Of a stretch of 64,000 bases of DNA, positions 63,527 to 64,000 are shown piece after piece. The stretch's first letter is position 1, and each line of letters starts with the position of its first letter. Location: the NCBI GenBank assembly GCA_028534125.1, contig CM052817.1, forward strand, positions 63,056,001 to 63,120,000, read 5' to 3'. This stretch comes from Lama glama (lineage: Eukaryota). Below the pieces are notes generated by a model. The model did no database searches. It had not been told where the DNA came from and saw only the letters and a program-made list of their open reading frames with translations. The position numbers were made by a program, and so were the translations under genes.

Positions 63527-64000
63527 TTAAGGGATAGCTAAAATAAAAAATCCAGATGAGTGTCATGAAGACTCATTACACAGGCCTAAAATTCTGAAGT
63601 CGGGTAGAAATATAAAGGTAATATACAGGAGCAGTGATTTCTGAATAATAAATAAAACATGAAAATTTCTCTCCTCAATTAAATTCTAGCTACTTACTAA
63701 AATAGTTTCAATTACCCAAAAGATAACTGGTATCACTCAGTTTACTCATATTCTTCAGATTTTAATTTAGTGTTATACTGAACTTAACAGATTCCTTTAT
63801 TATGCTGTTTCTGAGTAATGCAACTTGTTCCTCTGATGAAACCAATTCTGCCACTCTGGCCCTACTGAGAATCTAAGGATCAGAGTCAGAACCACAGGTT
63901 TGTAAAGTCTCAGAAACAGTAAATGATCGGAGCCAGAATTTTAATCCATTTTGACTCCAGAACCTGGCCATATACTTAAAAAGAAAAAAAGTGTTTATTT

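Noticed and set aside
1..64000. The short ORFs (60-107 aa) in the provided track as genes
   Set aside because: They are the length expected by chance, are rich in F/L/I/S/K as AT-rich non-coding DNA produces, and many lie inside repeats. Only L1-derived ones show recognisable homology.
1..64000. CRISPR array, operon, retron or other prokaryotic/viral system
   Set aside because: There are no regularly spaced repeats and no long ORFs, and the repeat content is plainly mammalian. The only RT is a dead L1 ORF2.

Overview
This is AT-rich, strongly CpG-depleted eutherian mammal DNA that reads as intergenic or deep-intronic. I found no recognisable protein-coding gene, RNA gene, CpG island, CRISPR array or prokaryotic system. 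The only ORFs with recognisable homology are decayed LINE-1 ORF1/ORF2 remnants. The window is a layered record of transposons: old L2, MIR and MER5-type elements; L1M/L1MC fragments; MaLR, ERVL and ERV1 solo LTRs (MLT1, MLT2, MER21, LTR16, MER34-like); L1MA9-lineage copies; and three very short young L1 3' tails. No Alu, B1/B2, BovB/Bov-tA, PRE-1, ERE or Can-SINE was seen. That absence, with the L1 tail sequences, suggests a cetartiodactyl, probably a camelid (inference). The best-supported oddity is a MER34-like LTR (8281-11478, exact GTTT target-site duplication) hit twice by L1, including a 2.5-kb L1 whose 5' UTR start is fused directly to the ORF2 RT region. Also notable are a ~60-bp local duplication, a 56-bp imperfect palindrome and a few weak candidate exons. 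Repeat family names come from recalled consensus sequences, not a database search, and most repeat boundaries are approximate. I did not find a convincing novel biological system.
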